Assembly: GCF_004010195.1 (NCBI RefSeq)
Contig: NC_057735.1
Location: 11,013,371-11,077,370, forward strand
Reading direction: 5' to 3'
Length of the DNA: 64,000 nt
Origin: Chiloscyllium plagiosum
Taxonomy: Eukaryota
In this document: positions 1-13,500 of the stretch, in pieces
Layout of the letters: every line of letters starts with the position of its first letter
Position numbering within the stretch: position 1 is the stretch's first letter
Position numbers and translations under genes: made by a program
Notes under the pieces: model-generated
The model's input: only the letters and a program-made list of their open reading frames with translations
Told to the model about the DNA's origin: nothing
Databases searched by the model: none

Positions 1-641
1 TCGCAGCTTTAAAACCCACAAAAACTCAGCAGCTGCCGGTCTGCCCACGTGACTGGGAGATAGGAGACAGAGGACAGATAGAATCCACACTAGACCAACA
101 TTACCCATGACTCATGGACCAAAACTCCGGAATTAATTAAATATGGAAACCTATCTCCTAATCACATCAAGAGACTGACTGAAACACACACATACCCATC
201 GATACGGAGCCATTCTGACACAAAGGACAGGCATCCACCAGACAGGAACGGACAGACCAATACACACCAACACCCCAAGGGAACAAAGGGGGGTGCTAGC
301 CCCTGCCCTCACAGAGAGAGACAAGCAGATAATACCCGGACCCGTTTTACATAAACCAATTAGCACCCTATTGTGCGTGCCCTGCAACTCTCCTGGGATG
401 GCAGGAAACAGCCTATTCGCACCTACTCCAGTGATGATGGGGAACTATCATCCCATTCATCCTCAAATCCCACACATCCTGACGACTAAAAGTATATAAT
501 ATGTAGCTGTGCGCGGGAACAGCAGAGCAGCCAAGATTCGGACCTCGGTTGACCTCCGCCGGCATTACTGCAGTAATAAACGTTACCGATTGTTGAACCG
601 CACTCTGGGCTTGGACTGATATCATTTCATCCGCGCTAACA
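1..641 (+). mobile_element. LTR (solo or 3' LTR) of an LTR retroelement, 5' end off-window
   Basis: TATATAA at 493-499, AATAAA at 575-580 and a terminal ...TAACA at 641. It is CpG-rich. The sequence after 641 resumes a CR1 fragment that is uninterrupted in the paralogous region at ~32610. No primer-binding site follows. Confidence 0.6.
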
Positions 642-2035
642 CCACCAAACCAAATTTGTATCGAATTGGCAAGCTGACCCAGAATCCCATGTGATCTAAC
701 TTTACTGATTAGTCTACCCTGTGGAACCCTGTCATTAATGCCTGTGTAGACAATGTGTACTGCTGTGCTGTCACCACTCGTTTTGCTTACTTTATTAAAT
801 GTCTCAATCAGGTTTGGTCAGCACAATTTCACAAATCTCAGAGTTACTTTATTTCCTGAATCTGAGAGTTGATGTGCTCCATTTGGGTTTATTTAAGGGT
901 TTGGGCTTGTAACTACAACCCAGATATCCCACTTGTTTAAGACCAGGGGTTTCACATGGGGGCTGTCACTTGCTGATATTGGCAGTGGTCACACTCACCC
1001 TCTTGGGGTTGGTTTTTGAACTTTCAAACTAATATGAAACCTCATCTCCAGACACAGATCCTGCCAGCGATTTTCCATCTCCTGAACCGTAAAGATCCAT
1101 GAGGTAGATACAATGGGGTTTCCAATCTCCAAAGAGTACAAACAACATGGCTGAGGTTGGTTTTAAGGAAATCATTTCTACAACAATTAAACTGTTAATG
1201 TTTTAGCTGTTGTTCTTTAATGGCCAGCTTTTGTTGCCCATTCCTAATTACCCCTGACTGAGAGGCTTTCTAGACCATTTGAAGAGGGCAGTTAGGAACA
1301 AATCACGTTGCTGGAGGCCCATGTAGAGCAGATTTCAGGGAAATTGGCCCAATAGGTTAGAGATCACAAAACACAGCTTGAAGTGAAATTGACAAAGAGT
1401 ATGCAAGCAATATGGCTGAAAGAGAAATTGACTAGGCTGCCACAGAACTGACAGTCTGCACAGTTAGATCAGATTTCTCTTCCCAGAGCTGGGGATGAGA
1501 CCAGCTTTATAGTAATGCTACACAATGACACTGAGTAAGAAATGGGAAACTACAATGTATCTGGAAATGGAGTAATCTAGTTACAAGGATGCTAATTGGA
1601 AAACAGTTATCACATGAATGTCTTGTTCCTTCACACAATGCAACATCCTGACAGTAACAATGGTTCCATTCCTCTTCACAGGTAGATGTTAATGTCTCTT
1701 CTGAAGTGATGAGGTGCTTCCATTCTGGAGCATGTCCTTGCTGGTGCCTTTCTGTCTGACCTGCTCTTTGTGTGGCTTTGGTATTGCTGGGTTGTGAAAC
1801 TGCCCTTAAGGCTTTGAAATATATGTGGTGCTCTGTCATGTCCGTGGGATCTTAAAGCGTATTCCCTTGTCTCTGCTGTCTGATTCGGCTTGTGAGCTGC
1901 TTGGGAATTCTGGGTGTTCTGATACAGTTTGGCCAATTTTGCTTTAGTGGGCCTATCGTGGGTTAGCAAATCTTTTCCCACAACAGACCTGGAAAGGGCG
2001 GCGGATTTCCTTCCCTAAAGGACATTGATGAATCA
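642..2035. repeat. Segmental duplicate of the region upstream of gene B (~32610-33690)
   Basis: Long matching blocks, e.g. gtaactacaacccagatatcccacttgtttaa at ~909 and ~33222. The stretch ~1335-1985 is absent from the 33 kb copy. Confidence 0.85.
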
Positions 2036-2894
2036 GATGGGTTTTGGTACTTTACAGAATCTGAGGAGATCCCAAAATCCCTCCCATCCTGTGAGTTACT
2101 GAGTTGATGGAAACAAACAGTTGGAATGCAGCAATATCTAGAAGTTAATTTGCAGCAGCCAACAGCATTGAAATAATTCTCTCAAAAATCTGATTGTTTT
2201 TAGTAACATTGATTGAGGAATGAATGCTTGCTCGAACACCAGGAGAACCTCTATTCTGTAAATAGTTTACATATGGTGCCATTCCTAAAGGGGGAACAGG
2301 TTCTCAGTTTATCACCTCATCGACACTGTCTCACCTGCCACAGCACAGCATTACTTCTCTCTGCTGGGCAGTGGGATCCAGCTGAATCTTAACCCCGAAG
2401 GGGAACTGGAACCCCCAACATGCTGCCATCAGAAGTGAGAGTGCAGCCACATGAGCTGCTGCTGATAGTTCCAAATACAGTTCCCGGGTGTCACTTCGAC
2501 TTGATGCTGACTTGCTTCTTCTCTGACAGCTCAAACAGATCATATCAGGAAATGGCTGCAGGCAATATTTACAGATATTTCATTGTACAACTGATCTCCA
2601 CTCTATCCCCAATATCTGTCCAAACTCTGGACACAACAGTCACATACTGAATTTAAAATTCCATCTGTTAGAAAAATGCAAATTCTCCATCAATCAAATG
2701 CTGCTTTAATTTTGCAGGGATTTTTGGAGTTGTTGCATGCTGTGGGTAGTATTTTATGAACCTGCTCATTTTCAAAGTACAGTGTAAACCATTGGCTTTA
2801 TTCAGAACTGACAATGAAACAAATGGAGTCCATTTTATCAATTACAGTTTTCCAGAGAGAGATAATAAACAAACATTGTTTACATCACACTTAC

Positions 2895-2921
2895 TGATGC
2901 TGTTGGTCTGTATCCTGTAAC
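2895..2921 (-). pseudogene. Orphan 3' end of a C2-domain exon (YRIQTNSI + gtaagt donor) with its downstream intron
   Basis: Matches 12788-12814 and 28213-28239. The flanking 2350-2890 matches 12234-12780. Confidence 0.8.
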
Positions 2922-3433
2922 AGCAGACTCTATCTGTGATGCAGAATGATCCTTCTTTCTCTCTTTATTGTTGCTGTTCCTGTGGATCCAATGATCTTTT
3001 GTCATCTCACCATTTCTGTTCATAGCCATTATGTCCCTAATTTCCCATCAGAGCCCATGTCTATTACAAAGCCCTTATTAGCCCTAACCCTCCCCATGTG
3101 AATGACAAAGTGACAGTGACTTGGGATAACCCACCTCTTGTTGTTCTCTGGTGCCTCCTATGTTCATGAGAGCCCCAGAAAGGGGGATTCGATGCTGTGT
3201 TTCCTCTTTAGATCTGACAAGGCTCAGGTTTCTGTGTTTAAATGTTTATTAATATCTGCATGGGAGCTGTACATACCAACAACTGCTGAACAGATCAATT
3301 CATTCGAATAGCAACAAATATATTTTATTATTTTAACAGACAACAAGGTTTCGTCCAATCAAACATTTACACACTAACTCACTTGCCTCTCTACCCAAAG
3401 ACATTTACATTGTCTTCATTCCAGATTAGGATG

Positions 3434-3730
3434 GCATGGTGGCACAGTGGTTAGCACTGCTGCCTCACTGCACCAGAGACCCAGGTTCAATTCCCGCCTC
3501 AGGCGACTGACTCTGTGGAGTTTGTACATTCACCCTGTGTCTGTGTGGGTTTTCTCCCACAGTCCAAAAATGTGCAGGTTAGGTGAATTGGCCAGGCTAA
3601 ATTGCCTGTAGTGTTTAGTGCAGGGGTAAACATAGGGGAATGGGTCTGGGTGGGTGCGCTTCTGTGGGTCGGTGTGGACTTGTTGGGCCGAAGGGTCCTG
3701 TTTCCACACTGTAAGTAATCTAATCTTAAA
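3434..3730 (+). mobile_element. tRNA-derived SINE (HE1/V-SINE-like)
   Basis: A box tggcacagtggttagca and B box ggttcaattcc, the V-SINE-like core ctgtgtgggtttt...aggttaggtgaattggcc, and a LINE-like tail. Confidence 0.85.
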
Positions 3731-4367
3731 AAAGGACACAGGACTATATTATCCAATGAGATTTAAACGAGGACAGGGTGAACAGCCAAGGTCTTTTTAC
3801 TCTCTGGGTGTGTCCAGAACTAGAGGGCATAGGTTGATGGTAAGAGGTAAAAGATTTCAAAAGGACCTGAGGAGTAAGTTTTTCATACAGAGGGTTGTGT
3901 GTGTATGAAACGAGCTGCCAGAGGAAGTGATAGAGGTTGGGTTTGTGAGTTTCGGTTCTTATGAAGAAGCAGCGCTTCGAAAGCTGGTGCCTCCAAACAA
4001 ACCTGTTGGATTATAACCTGGTGTTGTGTGATTTTTAACTTTGTCCACCCCATTCCAACACCAGCACCTCCAAATCTTGAATATGCTCAAGGCTGGAGTA
4101 GGCCATTCAGCCCCTCGAGGCTCCTTCAACATTCACCTGGATCAGAGCAGATCTTCTACCTGAATACCATTTTTCTAGCACTCCAACCTCCCCCCCACCC
4201 ATGTCCCTCCCTATCTTTAATACCCAGAACACTATTGATCTCTGTTTTGAATATACTCAAGGCTGGAGCCCCCAGAGCTCTCTGGGGCAGAGAATTCCAA
4301 CAAACCATCACCCTCTGAGTGAAGAAATTCCTGCTCATCTCAGTCCCAAATGGTCAACCCATTCTTC

Positions 4368-4506
4368 TCAAACTGTGTCTCTTGCTTCGAAACCCCTCCA
4401 CCCAGGGCCACCACATTGATGTTTTCGCGTAAACATCGTGACTGAAACAGAACAAATCACCAGGAGAGTGAAGAGTACCCAGCGTATCACATCCCAGGCA
4501 ACGTAA
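4368..4506 (-). CDS. Gene A TM/tail exon: YVAWDVIRWVLFTLLVICSVSVTMFTRKHQCGGPGWRGFEARDTV*
   Basis: Acceptor ttctgttttacacag, phase 2. Hydrophobic helix with Asp/Arg near its N-terminal end. Homologous to 22418-22508. Confidence 0.85.
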
Positions 4507-7500
4507 CTGTGTAAAACAGAAGAAATACAAAATCATTTGAAGGAAACAAAACTGCTTGATGTTTCAAACATTTATCCCCTGTTTACACTGCAGTGCATTG
4601 TAGCAAAGTAAAGCAGCACAGCTCAGGGAGTAATGTGGGAAACTTAAATTACAGTTTAATTTATTACTGACATGTACAACAGATAACGATCAAATGAGAC
4701 ACATTTCAATTGCACATCTTTTTCTTTTAATCATTCATGGGATGAGGACGTCACTGGCTAGGCCAGCATGTGTTGTCCATCCCTAATTACCCAGAGGGCA
4801 CTTAAGAGTGAACCTCATTGCTGTTGGTCTGGAGTCACATGTATTCCAGACCAGGTAAGGAAGGCAGTTTCCTTCCCTGAAGGACATGGATTCATGGCCA
4901 TTGGTAGACTCTTAATCCCAGATATTTATTGAATTCAAATTCCACCATCTGCCACAGCAGAATTTGAATCCAGTCCAGCAATAGTACCACAAAATCATCA
5001 CTACCCCACTGCCTCCTATAATGGTATTTATACCTGATGAGGCAGTCTTTCTGTTAGCTCCTGTCAGATGTAGACAAGGCGTGGCTATTGTAGTCCTGAC
5101 AAATCGACAGATGTTCAGAACAGCTTCTGGTCTAAATGCATCTTACAGCCACAGATATGAACAACAGATAAAGGTCAAATGAAACAAGTTTCAGTGATAT
5201 GTCCTGAAATGTTCAACGTGTGGATTATCACATTAAATGGTTGGACATTTGCAGGAGCACTGCAGTCTGGTGTAATATTCCAGTGGGTGAGATGTCTCTT
5301 CAGTCAGTGAGGAACTCAGAATATCATCATCCCACACTGCTCCTGCACCTTCTAGCAGGCCAGTCTTATCCAGCTGGAACCAGACAGCCTTCCACCCCCT
5401 CAGTTTGGGAATAATGTATAAGATGAAAGAATGAAGAAGGAGAAAATGACAGAGAATGTGATGTCCAATAATTCTCCAGAACATCCTGGCTTAAAAAAGC
5501 TGTCATTGCTGGTCTTTGATAAATACCGTGAGCTGAGATAAATAATGAAGTATTGAATTTTAATGCTGAAAACTGCACCTGAATCTGGGAGGTTGCAAAC
5601 AGAAAGTTGGTACTTCCTGTTATGAATTTCCAATTAGATAAATAACAACATTGTAAGAAAGGCAATGGAAGTTCAGAACTAGAGGCATAAGAATAAGAAC
5701 TTGGAGCAGGAGTAGGCCATCCGGCCCTTCGAGCCTGCTCCTCCATTCAATAAGATCATGGCTGATCTTTTCATGGTCTCTGTTCCAGTCACCCGCCCTC
5801 TCACCATCCCCTTAATTCCTTTATTGTTCAAAATAATCTGTCTTAGCTTTAAAACCATTCACTGAAGGAGCGTCAACTACTTCACTGGGCAGGGAATTCC
5901 ATCAATTCACAACCCTCTGGGTGAAGAAATTCCTTCTTAATTCAATCCTAAATCTGCTGCCCATCATTTTGAGTATGTCCTTGTTTCACCTGCCAGTGGA
6001 AATATCCTCTCCACAACTCTCTTATCTACTCCCTTCATAATTTTATATCTTTTGGTAAAATCCTCTTTCATTCTTCTGAATTCCAATGAATATAATCCCA
6101 GCCTACTCAGTCTCTTTCATAAGCCAACCCCCTGAACTCCTGAATCAACCTGGTGAACCTCTTCCGCAGTCCCTCCAATGCCAGTGTATCCTTTCTCAAG
6201 TATGGAGACCAAAACTGTACCCTGTACTCCAGGTGAGGCCTCACCAGCACCTGATACAGCTGCAATAGAACCTCTCTGCTTTTAAATTCAATCCCTTTAG
6301 CAATGAAGGACAAAATTCCATTTGCCTTCCTAATTACCTGATGTACCTGCAGACTAACCGTCTGTGATTCATGCACAAGAACACCCAGGTCCTTCTGCAT
6401 AGCAGCATGATGCAACTTTTTACCGTTCAAGTAATAGTCCTTGTTACTGATTCTCCTACCCAAATGTATGACTTCACAATTATTAAAAATGTATTCCATC
6501 TGCCAGACCTTTGCCAATCACATAAGGTATCTATGTTCCTCTGCAAAGTTTCACAGTCCTCTGCACACTTTGCTCTGCCACTCACCTTAGTGTCATCTGC
6601 AAACTTTGACCCCATACATGAGATGCCCAACTCCAAATTATCTATATAATTTGTAAATAATTGTGGTCCCAACATTGATCCCTGAGGCACACAAGTAGTT
6701 ACTGATTGTCAACTAGAATAGCATTCATTTATCCTCACTCTTTGCTTCCTGTTAGTTAACCAATCCTCTATCCTCTAATACTTTACCCATAATGCCATGC
6801 ATCTTTATCATATGCAGCAACCTCTTCTGTAGCACCTTATCAAAGGCTTTTTTGAAATCCAGGTACACTACATCTACTGGGTCCCCACTGTCCATAGTGC
6901 TCATAATATCTCCATAGAATTCCAAAAGGTTAGTTAAGCATAACCTGCCCTTCATGAACCCACGCTGCGATTGCCTAACAGGACAATTTCTATCGAGATT
7001 TCTTGTTATTTCTTCTTTGATAATGGGCTCAAGCAACTTCCCCATGACAGGTTCAGCTAACCAGTCTATAATTCCCCATCTTTTGTCTACTGTCCTTTTT
7101 AAACAGTGGCGTCATATTTGCTGTTTTCCAATCTGCTGGAACTGCCCCAGTCTCCAGCGAATTTTGGAAAATCACCACAAGTGCACTTGTTATTTCTCTC
7201 ACCATCTCTTTTAGCACCCAGGGATGCATTCCATCAGGGCCAGGAGGCTTATCTGTTCTTAGCTCCATTAGCTTGCCCAACACTAGCTCTTCCATAATAA
7301 TGATTGTTCCCAGGGCCTCACCTACCTCCATCTCTTTGTCAGTTACTGGTATGTTATTTGTGTCCTCCACTGTGAAGACTGACACAAATTTCCCTTTCCC
7401 CCAACTCGCTAGTTGAAAGTCCTAGTGAACACAGTGTTTCTTTTTTGCTCGAACACTGGTCCAGATCGGTTCAGGTGGAGACCGTCCCATCAGTGCAGGT

Positions 7501-10500
7501 CCTTCCTGTTCCAAAGCTGATGCCAATGCCCCATGAATGGAACTCCTCTTTCCCGCACCACTCCTTTAGCCACATGTTTACTTCCCTAATTTTCTTATCC
7601 CAAAGCCAATTTGCACATGATTTGGGTAGTAATCTAGAGATGAAAACCCTCGAGAACCTGTTCCTTCATTTCGTTCCTAGTGGTTGATAATACTCAGACA
7701 GGTAATAGCCTTGCCTATGTTGTTGGAGGACAATAACTGGACCCTCCCCCTCCCACTCCAAATCCTTTCAAGCTGGTCAGAGATGTCTGCACCCTGGCAG
7801 CAGGCTGACAACACACCATACGGGATTCCGGATCAGTCTTGCAAAGGATGCTATCTATCCCACTAATTATAGAATCCCCTATAACGACCACTTGTCTTTT
7901 AGCTCTCCCCCCTCTTGAATGGCCTTCTGCACCATGGTGCTGTGGTCAGCTAGTTCATCATCCCCACAGCCCTTTTCCTCATCCACACCGGGAGCAAGCA
8001 TCTCATACCTGTTGGAAAAGGTTAAAAGCTGAGACTCCTTCATTCCTGAACTCAGAATCCCCCTACCTGCCTCACTCAACACACCCTTTTGCCCCTGATC
8101 ACAGATTTGAATTACTTAATCTACCAGGTGCGACTGCCTCCTGAAACAAAGGGACCTACGGGGCATCTTTTTCACAGAGAGTGGTGCATTATGGAATGAG
8201 CTGCCAGAGAAAGTGGTGGAGGCTGGGACAATTATGACATTTAAAAGGCATCTGGATGGGTATATGCACAGGAAGGTTTTAGAGGGATATGGGTCAAGAA
8301 TTAGTCAATGGGATTAGATTAGTTTAGGATATCTGGTCAGTATGGATGAGTTGAACAAAAGTGTCTGTTTCCACACATATATCTCTATGACTGTTTGACT
8401 CTATAATTGCGCTGTACACAATCATCCACCATTTCCATTTTGATAAATCATAGTCTGAAATGGAAAATTATTGGAATCCTTTATGCTAAATCACTTATTC
8501 TCACTTGGAATCAATGAAATATTGACAATGAAAATGGCCTACCTTTTAGTGACAGACTTAGATTCTGAAGGTGTTGTTGTTGTTCGTGACGTTGTTGGCG
8601 AAATTGTTGAGGAATTGTCACAAAAATATTCCTCTCCTATTGAGACATAAGAAAATATTCAGTTTCATCTGAGTCTCACTTGCAGACAACCGAAGAGCTC
8701 TCCTCACCAATGGAACCTCACGGCTTGTTGTGAACATTGAAATTTATTGAATTAATTTCTCTTTAACCTCCCCCCACCCCCGACCTCTGTCGAGAATTAT
8801 GTGGTAGTGACCTACCTTGAACATAATTTGTGTTGTGTTCCTCGCCTGGACATTGATGCGACTGCATTCTTATTAAAATATTTGAAATGCTGAGGTTGGT
8901 GGGACTGTATTCCTGAGGTCCCCTTTCTCATCCTTGTCAAACATAAAGGAATGTTCCAGACACTGAGCTGGTCACTCTCCCCGCTGGACAATGTATTCCT
9001 TGGGGGATCCAATAGTCTCTCCTGTTATATCCTGTGATTGCTGGGTGACCTTTCAATGTGGTTTGGATTTTTGCCTCCACCATGGTATTTCTACCTAAAA
9101 AGGCTGGAGTTATGTTTGCTCCTTAAATATGAGTAGGCAAGCAGGAGGCTGGAATGACACAGCAAGCCAGGCAGCATCAGGAGGTGGAGAAGTCAATGTT
9201 TTGAGTGTAACCCTTCTTCAGGGCTGGGGGTGGGGTGAGGGGAGCCACGGATAAAGGGGATGGGATGATATAAGAGTGTTTTGGGTGGGGAGAGGGGGNN
9301 NNNNNNNNNNNNNNNNNNNTTGGGGGGGGGAGGGGGGGATTGGTGAGGTAGTGAAAGCTGAACACTGGTTAGAGGGTACGGCCTGGTTTGGCGATGGAAA
9401 GGATGTGTCCAGTTGGTGGCTGGAAGGAAGGGTCAGTCAGAGGCATGGAAGGGAGGGGGGAGCTGGAAAAAAAGTTGGAAGATGGATAGGGAGGTTATTT
9501 GAAATTAGAGACTTCATTGTTGAGTCCTCCGGGCTGTACGCTGCCCAGGCAGAAGATAAAGTGTTCTTCCTCCAATTTGCGATCTGATTCACTGTGGTAA
9601 TGGAGGAGGCTGAGAATAGACATGTCGGAAATGGAGTGGGAAAGGGAATTAAAATGGGCAGTGACCTGGGGGTTTAGTTGGCCCCTTCAGGCCTATATGA
9701 TTTGCTCAGCGAACCATTCCCTAAGTTAACGTTTGGTTTCCGCGATGTAGAGAAGACCACATCGGGTGCAGTGGATACATAAACTCGGTTGGAGGAGAGG
9801 CAGGTGAACCTTTGTCTCACCTGGAAGGACTGTTTTGGGGCTGGATGGAGTTGAGGGGGGTGGTGTACCAGCAGGTTTTGCATCTTTTATAGTTACAGGG
9901 GAAGGTAATGGGGGTTTGGGGATTTGGTGGTGATAGTGGCGGGAACCAACAAGTGATGAAGGCAACGGTGTTTGTGGAAGGTGGAGGGGGGTGGGGACAG
10001 GAAGATATTCTTGATCGTGATGTCTAGTTGATGTTCACAAAAGTGTTTAAGGATGATATGTTGGAGGCGGAGACTGGGGTGGAAGGTAAGGACAAGGGAC
10101 ACCCTGTCCTTATTGTGTTTGGTGAGGGGGTGGGGGGAGCAGTTTTAGAGCAGTGGAGCAGGAAATGGAGGAGGTATGCTGTAGTGCTGTCTGGATGAGA
10201 GGTGAGTGGGAGTGTGGTGGGTCAGACCCTTAAACGTGAGGACGAGGCATGGATTTGTAGTAATGTCAAATCAGTGTCTGTCCTAAGCATATCTCAAAGT
10301 CACAGGCACTTCAGGGACTCCTACAGAGTTAAAGAGATGTAGAGCACAGAAACAGACCCTTCAGTCCAACTCATACATGCCGACCCGATATCTTAAACTG
10401 ATCTAGTCCCATTTGCCAGCCCTTGTCCCTTATCCCTCTAAACCCTTGCTATTCATGCCTTCTTTATGTTCAAAATCACACAACACCAGGTTGTAGTCCA

Positions 10501-13500
10501 ACAGGTTTATTTGGAAGCACTAGCTTTCGAAGTGCTGCTCCTTCATCAGGTGGTTGTGAAGCAGGACCATAAGACACAGAATTTATCGCAAAAGATTACA
10601 GTGTCATGCAGCCACTCCAACCCCGGCTCCTCCAAATCATGACTTTCACCTGTTGGAATTGTACCAGTCTCTGCCACTTATCTGGCAGCTCAGTGCATAC
10701 ACAATGCTTTAAAACATTGCAACTTAGGTCACTTTTAAATCTTTCCCCTCTCACCATAAATCTATGTCCTTGTGTTCTGGATTCCCCCACTCCAGCGAAA
10801 AGACTTTGTCTATTTATCCTATCCATGGCTCTAATGATTTTATAAATCTCTATAAGGTCATCCCTCAGCCTCTGACGCTGCAGGGAAAACAGTCCCAGCC
10901 TATTCAGCCTCTGCCTATAGTTCAAATCCTTCAACCTTGTAGGATTTACAACTGTGCAGCAGCTCATGTGGCTGCACTCTCACTTTTGATGGCAGCATGT
11001 TGGGGGTTCCAGTTCCCCTTCGGGGTTAAAATTCAGCTGGATCCCTTGTAAAACTTTTCTGAATCCTTTCAAGTTTCACAACATCCTTCCCATAGGAGGG
11101 AGACCAGAATTGCACACAGCATTCCAAAAGTAGGCAAAAGTGAGGACTGCAGATGCTGGAAACCAGAGTTTAGATCACAGTGGTTCTGGAAAAGCACAGC
11201 AGGTCAGGCAGCATCCGAGGAGCAGGAAAATCGATGTTTCGGGCAAAAGCCAATCCTGATAAAGGGCTTTTGCCCAGAACATCGATTTTCCTGCTCCTCA
11301 GATGCTGCCTGACCTGTTATGCTTTTCCAGCACCACTCCGCATTCCAAAAGTAGCCAAACCAATGTCCTGTACAGCCGCAACATGATCTCCCAACTCCTG
11401 TGTCAATGCTCTGACCAATAAAGGAGGGCATACTAAACATGCACTCCAAGGTCTCTTTGTTCAGCAACACGCTTCACGACCTTTTCATTAAGTGTATAAG
11501 TCCTGCTAAGATTTGCTTTTCTAAATGCAGCACTTCACATTTATCTAAATTAAACTCCATCGACTATTCCTCGGCCCATTGGCCCGTCTGATCAAGATCT
11601 GTTGTCCTCTGAGATAACCTTCTTCGTTGTCCACTTCACCTCCAATGTTGGTGTCATCTGTAAATTTACTAACCATACCTCCTATATTCAAATCCAAATT
11701 ATTTATATAAGTGATGAAAAGCAGTTGACCCAACACCAATCCTTGTGGCACTCCACTGATCACAGGCCTCCAGTCTGAAAAGCAACCCTCCACACCACCC
11801 TCTGTCTTCTACCTTTGAGCCAGTTCTATATCCAAATGGCTAGTTTTCCCTCTAATCCATGTGATCTAACCTTGCTTATCAGTGTAACATGTTGAACCTT
11901 GTTGAGCGCTTTACTGCAGTCCATGTAGACCACATCCACTGCATGCCCTCATTAATTGTCTTTGTTACTTCTTCAAAAAACTCAATCAAGTTTGTGAGAC
12001 ATGATTTTTCATGCACAAGACCATGTTGATCATCCCTAATCAGTCCTTGCCTTTCCAAATACATATGAATCAGGTCCCTCAGGATACCCTCCAACAACTT
12101 GCCCAACACCAATGTCAGGCTCTCCAGCCTATAGTTCCCTAGCCTTTCCTGACCAACTTTCTTAAATATGGCCTTGCATTAGCCCATCTCCAGTTTTGCG
12201 GCACCTCACCTGTGACTATCTTTAGTATGAATAGCATTACTTCTCTCTACTGGGCAGTGGGATCCAGCTGAATTTTAACCCCGAAGGGGAACTGGAACCC
12301 CCAACATGCTGCCATCAAAAGTGAGAGTGCAGCCACATGAGCTGCTGCTGATAGTTCCAAATACAGTTCCCGGGTGTCACTTCGACTTGATGCTGACTTG
12401 CTTCTTCTCTGACAGCTCAAACAGATCATATCAGGAAATGGCTGCAGGCAATATTTACAGATATTTCATTGTACAACTGATCTCCACTCTATCCCCAATA
12501 TCTGTCCGAAATCTGGACACAACAGTCACGGACTGAATTTGATAATTCCATTACTTAGAAAAATGCAAATCATTCGTCAATCAAATATTGTTTTAATTTG
12601 CAGAGATTATTGGAGTTTTTGAGATGTCTATGCATGCTGTGGATAGTATTTTATGCACCTCCTCATTTTCCAAGCACAGTGCAAAGAGTTGGCTTTGTTC
12701 AGAACAGACAAGAAGACAAATGGAGTGCATTTTCTCAATTACAGTTTCCCAGAGTGAGATAATAAACATTGTTTACATCACACTTACTGATGCTGTTGGT
12801 CTGTATCCTGTAACTGCAGTTCTTCTCTCTTACCTTGTTGACTGACACATGAACAATTTCACTGGATTTTGTTCCCTGAGTATTTGAGGCTGTGCAGTAA
12901 TATTGATGATGTCGCTGTGTGAAGGATTGACAATGTAGATCCAGTTTATTGGTGTAAGAGATCTTTGAATCTTGAGATGGCATCTTCTCAGACCATGTGT
13001 AGTGAATGGGGAGGGATCCCTGGGCAGACTCACAGGAGACTGTCACTGAACCCCCAGAACATGAGACATTTGTTTGGGATAAATATTGAAGCCCAGGAAC
13101 AGAAACGGCTTCTGTGGGAAAGAAACAATTATTGAGAGATCAAAGATCAAATATCCTCCAAAACTTTGTCATGTTTCTTCCTGAATAAAACACTGATCAA
13201 ATATATCAGGAGAGAGTAATTTTAAAAATCACTGAGACATTTACCGTCAGAGATGTTCAGCTTTACATTAAACATTGGGTCAAGGCCAGGAGTCTCGATC
13301 CCACAGCTGTACCATCCTGCATCTCCCCATTGAAGATTCGTGATTGTGACAAGAAATATTCCTTGTGTTTTGTTATTGATTGATATTCTCCCATTTGGCC
13401 AATTTGTCGTTGCTATAACCTTACACTGACGAGTCCATCCATGACACCAATATTTCATGCTTGGCTGGTACCTCCGTGCTTCATAGTGACAAGATATTGT

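Noticed and set aside
2420-2650. Repeated plus-strand ORF MLPSEVRVQPHELL (also 12306-12536) as a small gene
   Set aside because: The repetition is explained by recent segmental duplication. There is no recognisable domain, and it is antisense to the cluster.
3434-3510. tRNA gene
   Set aside because: It is the tRNA-derived head of a SINE followed by SINE core and tail, with no complete cloverleaf.
5233-5520. Extra exon between stalk and TM (duplicated at ~22780-23040)
   Set aside because: No frame is open in both copies, and the stalk and TM exons already join in phase.
8812-9012. Additional coding exon ending at an apparent gtagg donor
   Set aside because: The donor is not conserved in the paralogue (~24705) and there is no recognisable protein motif.
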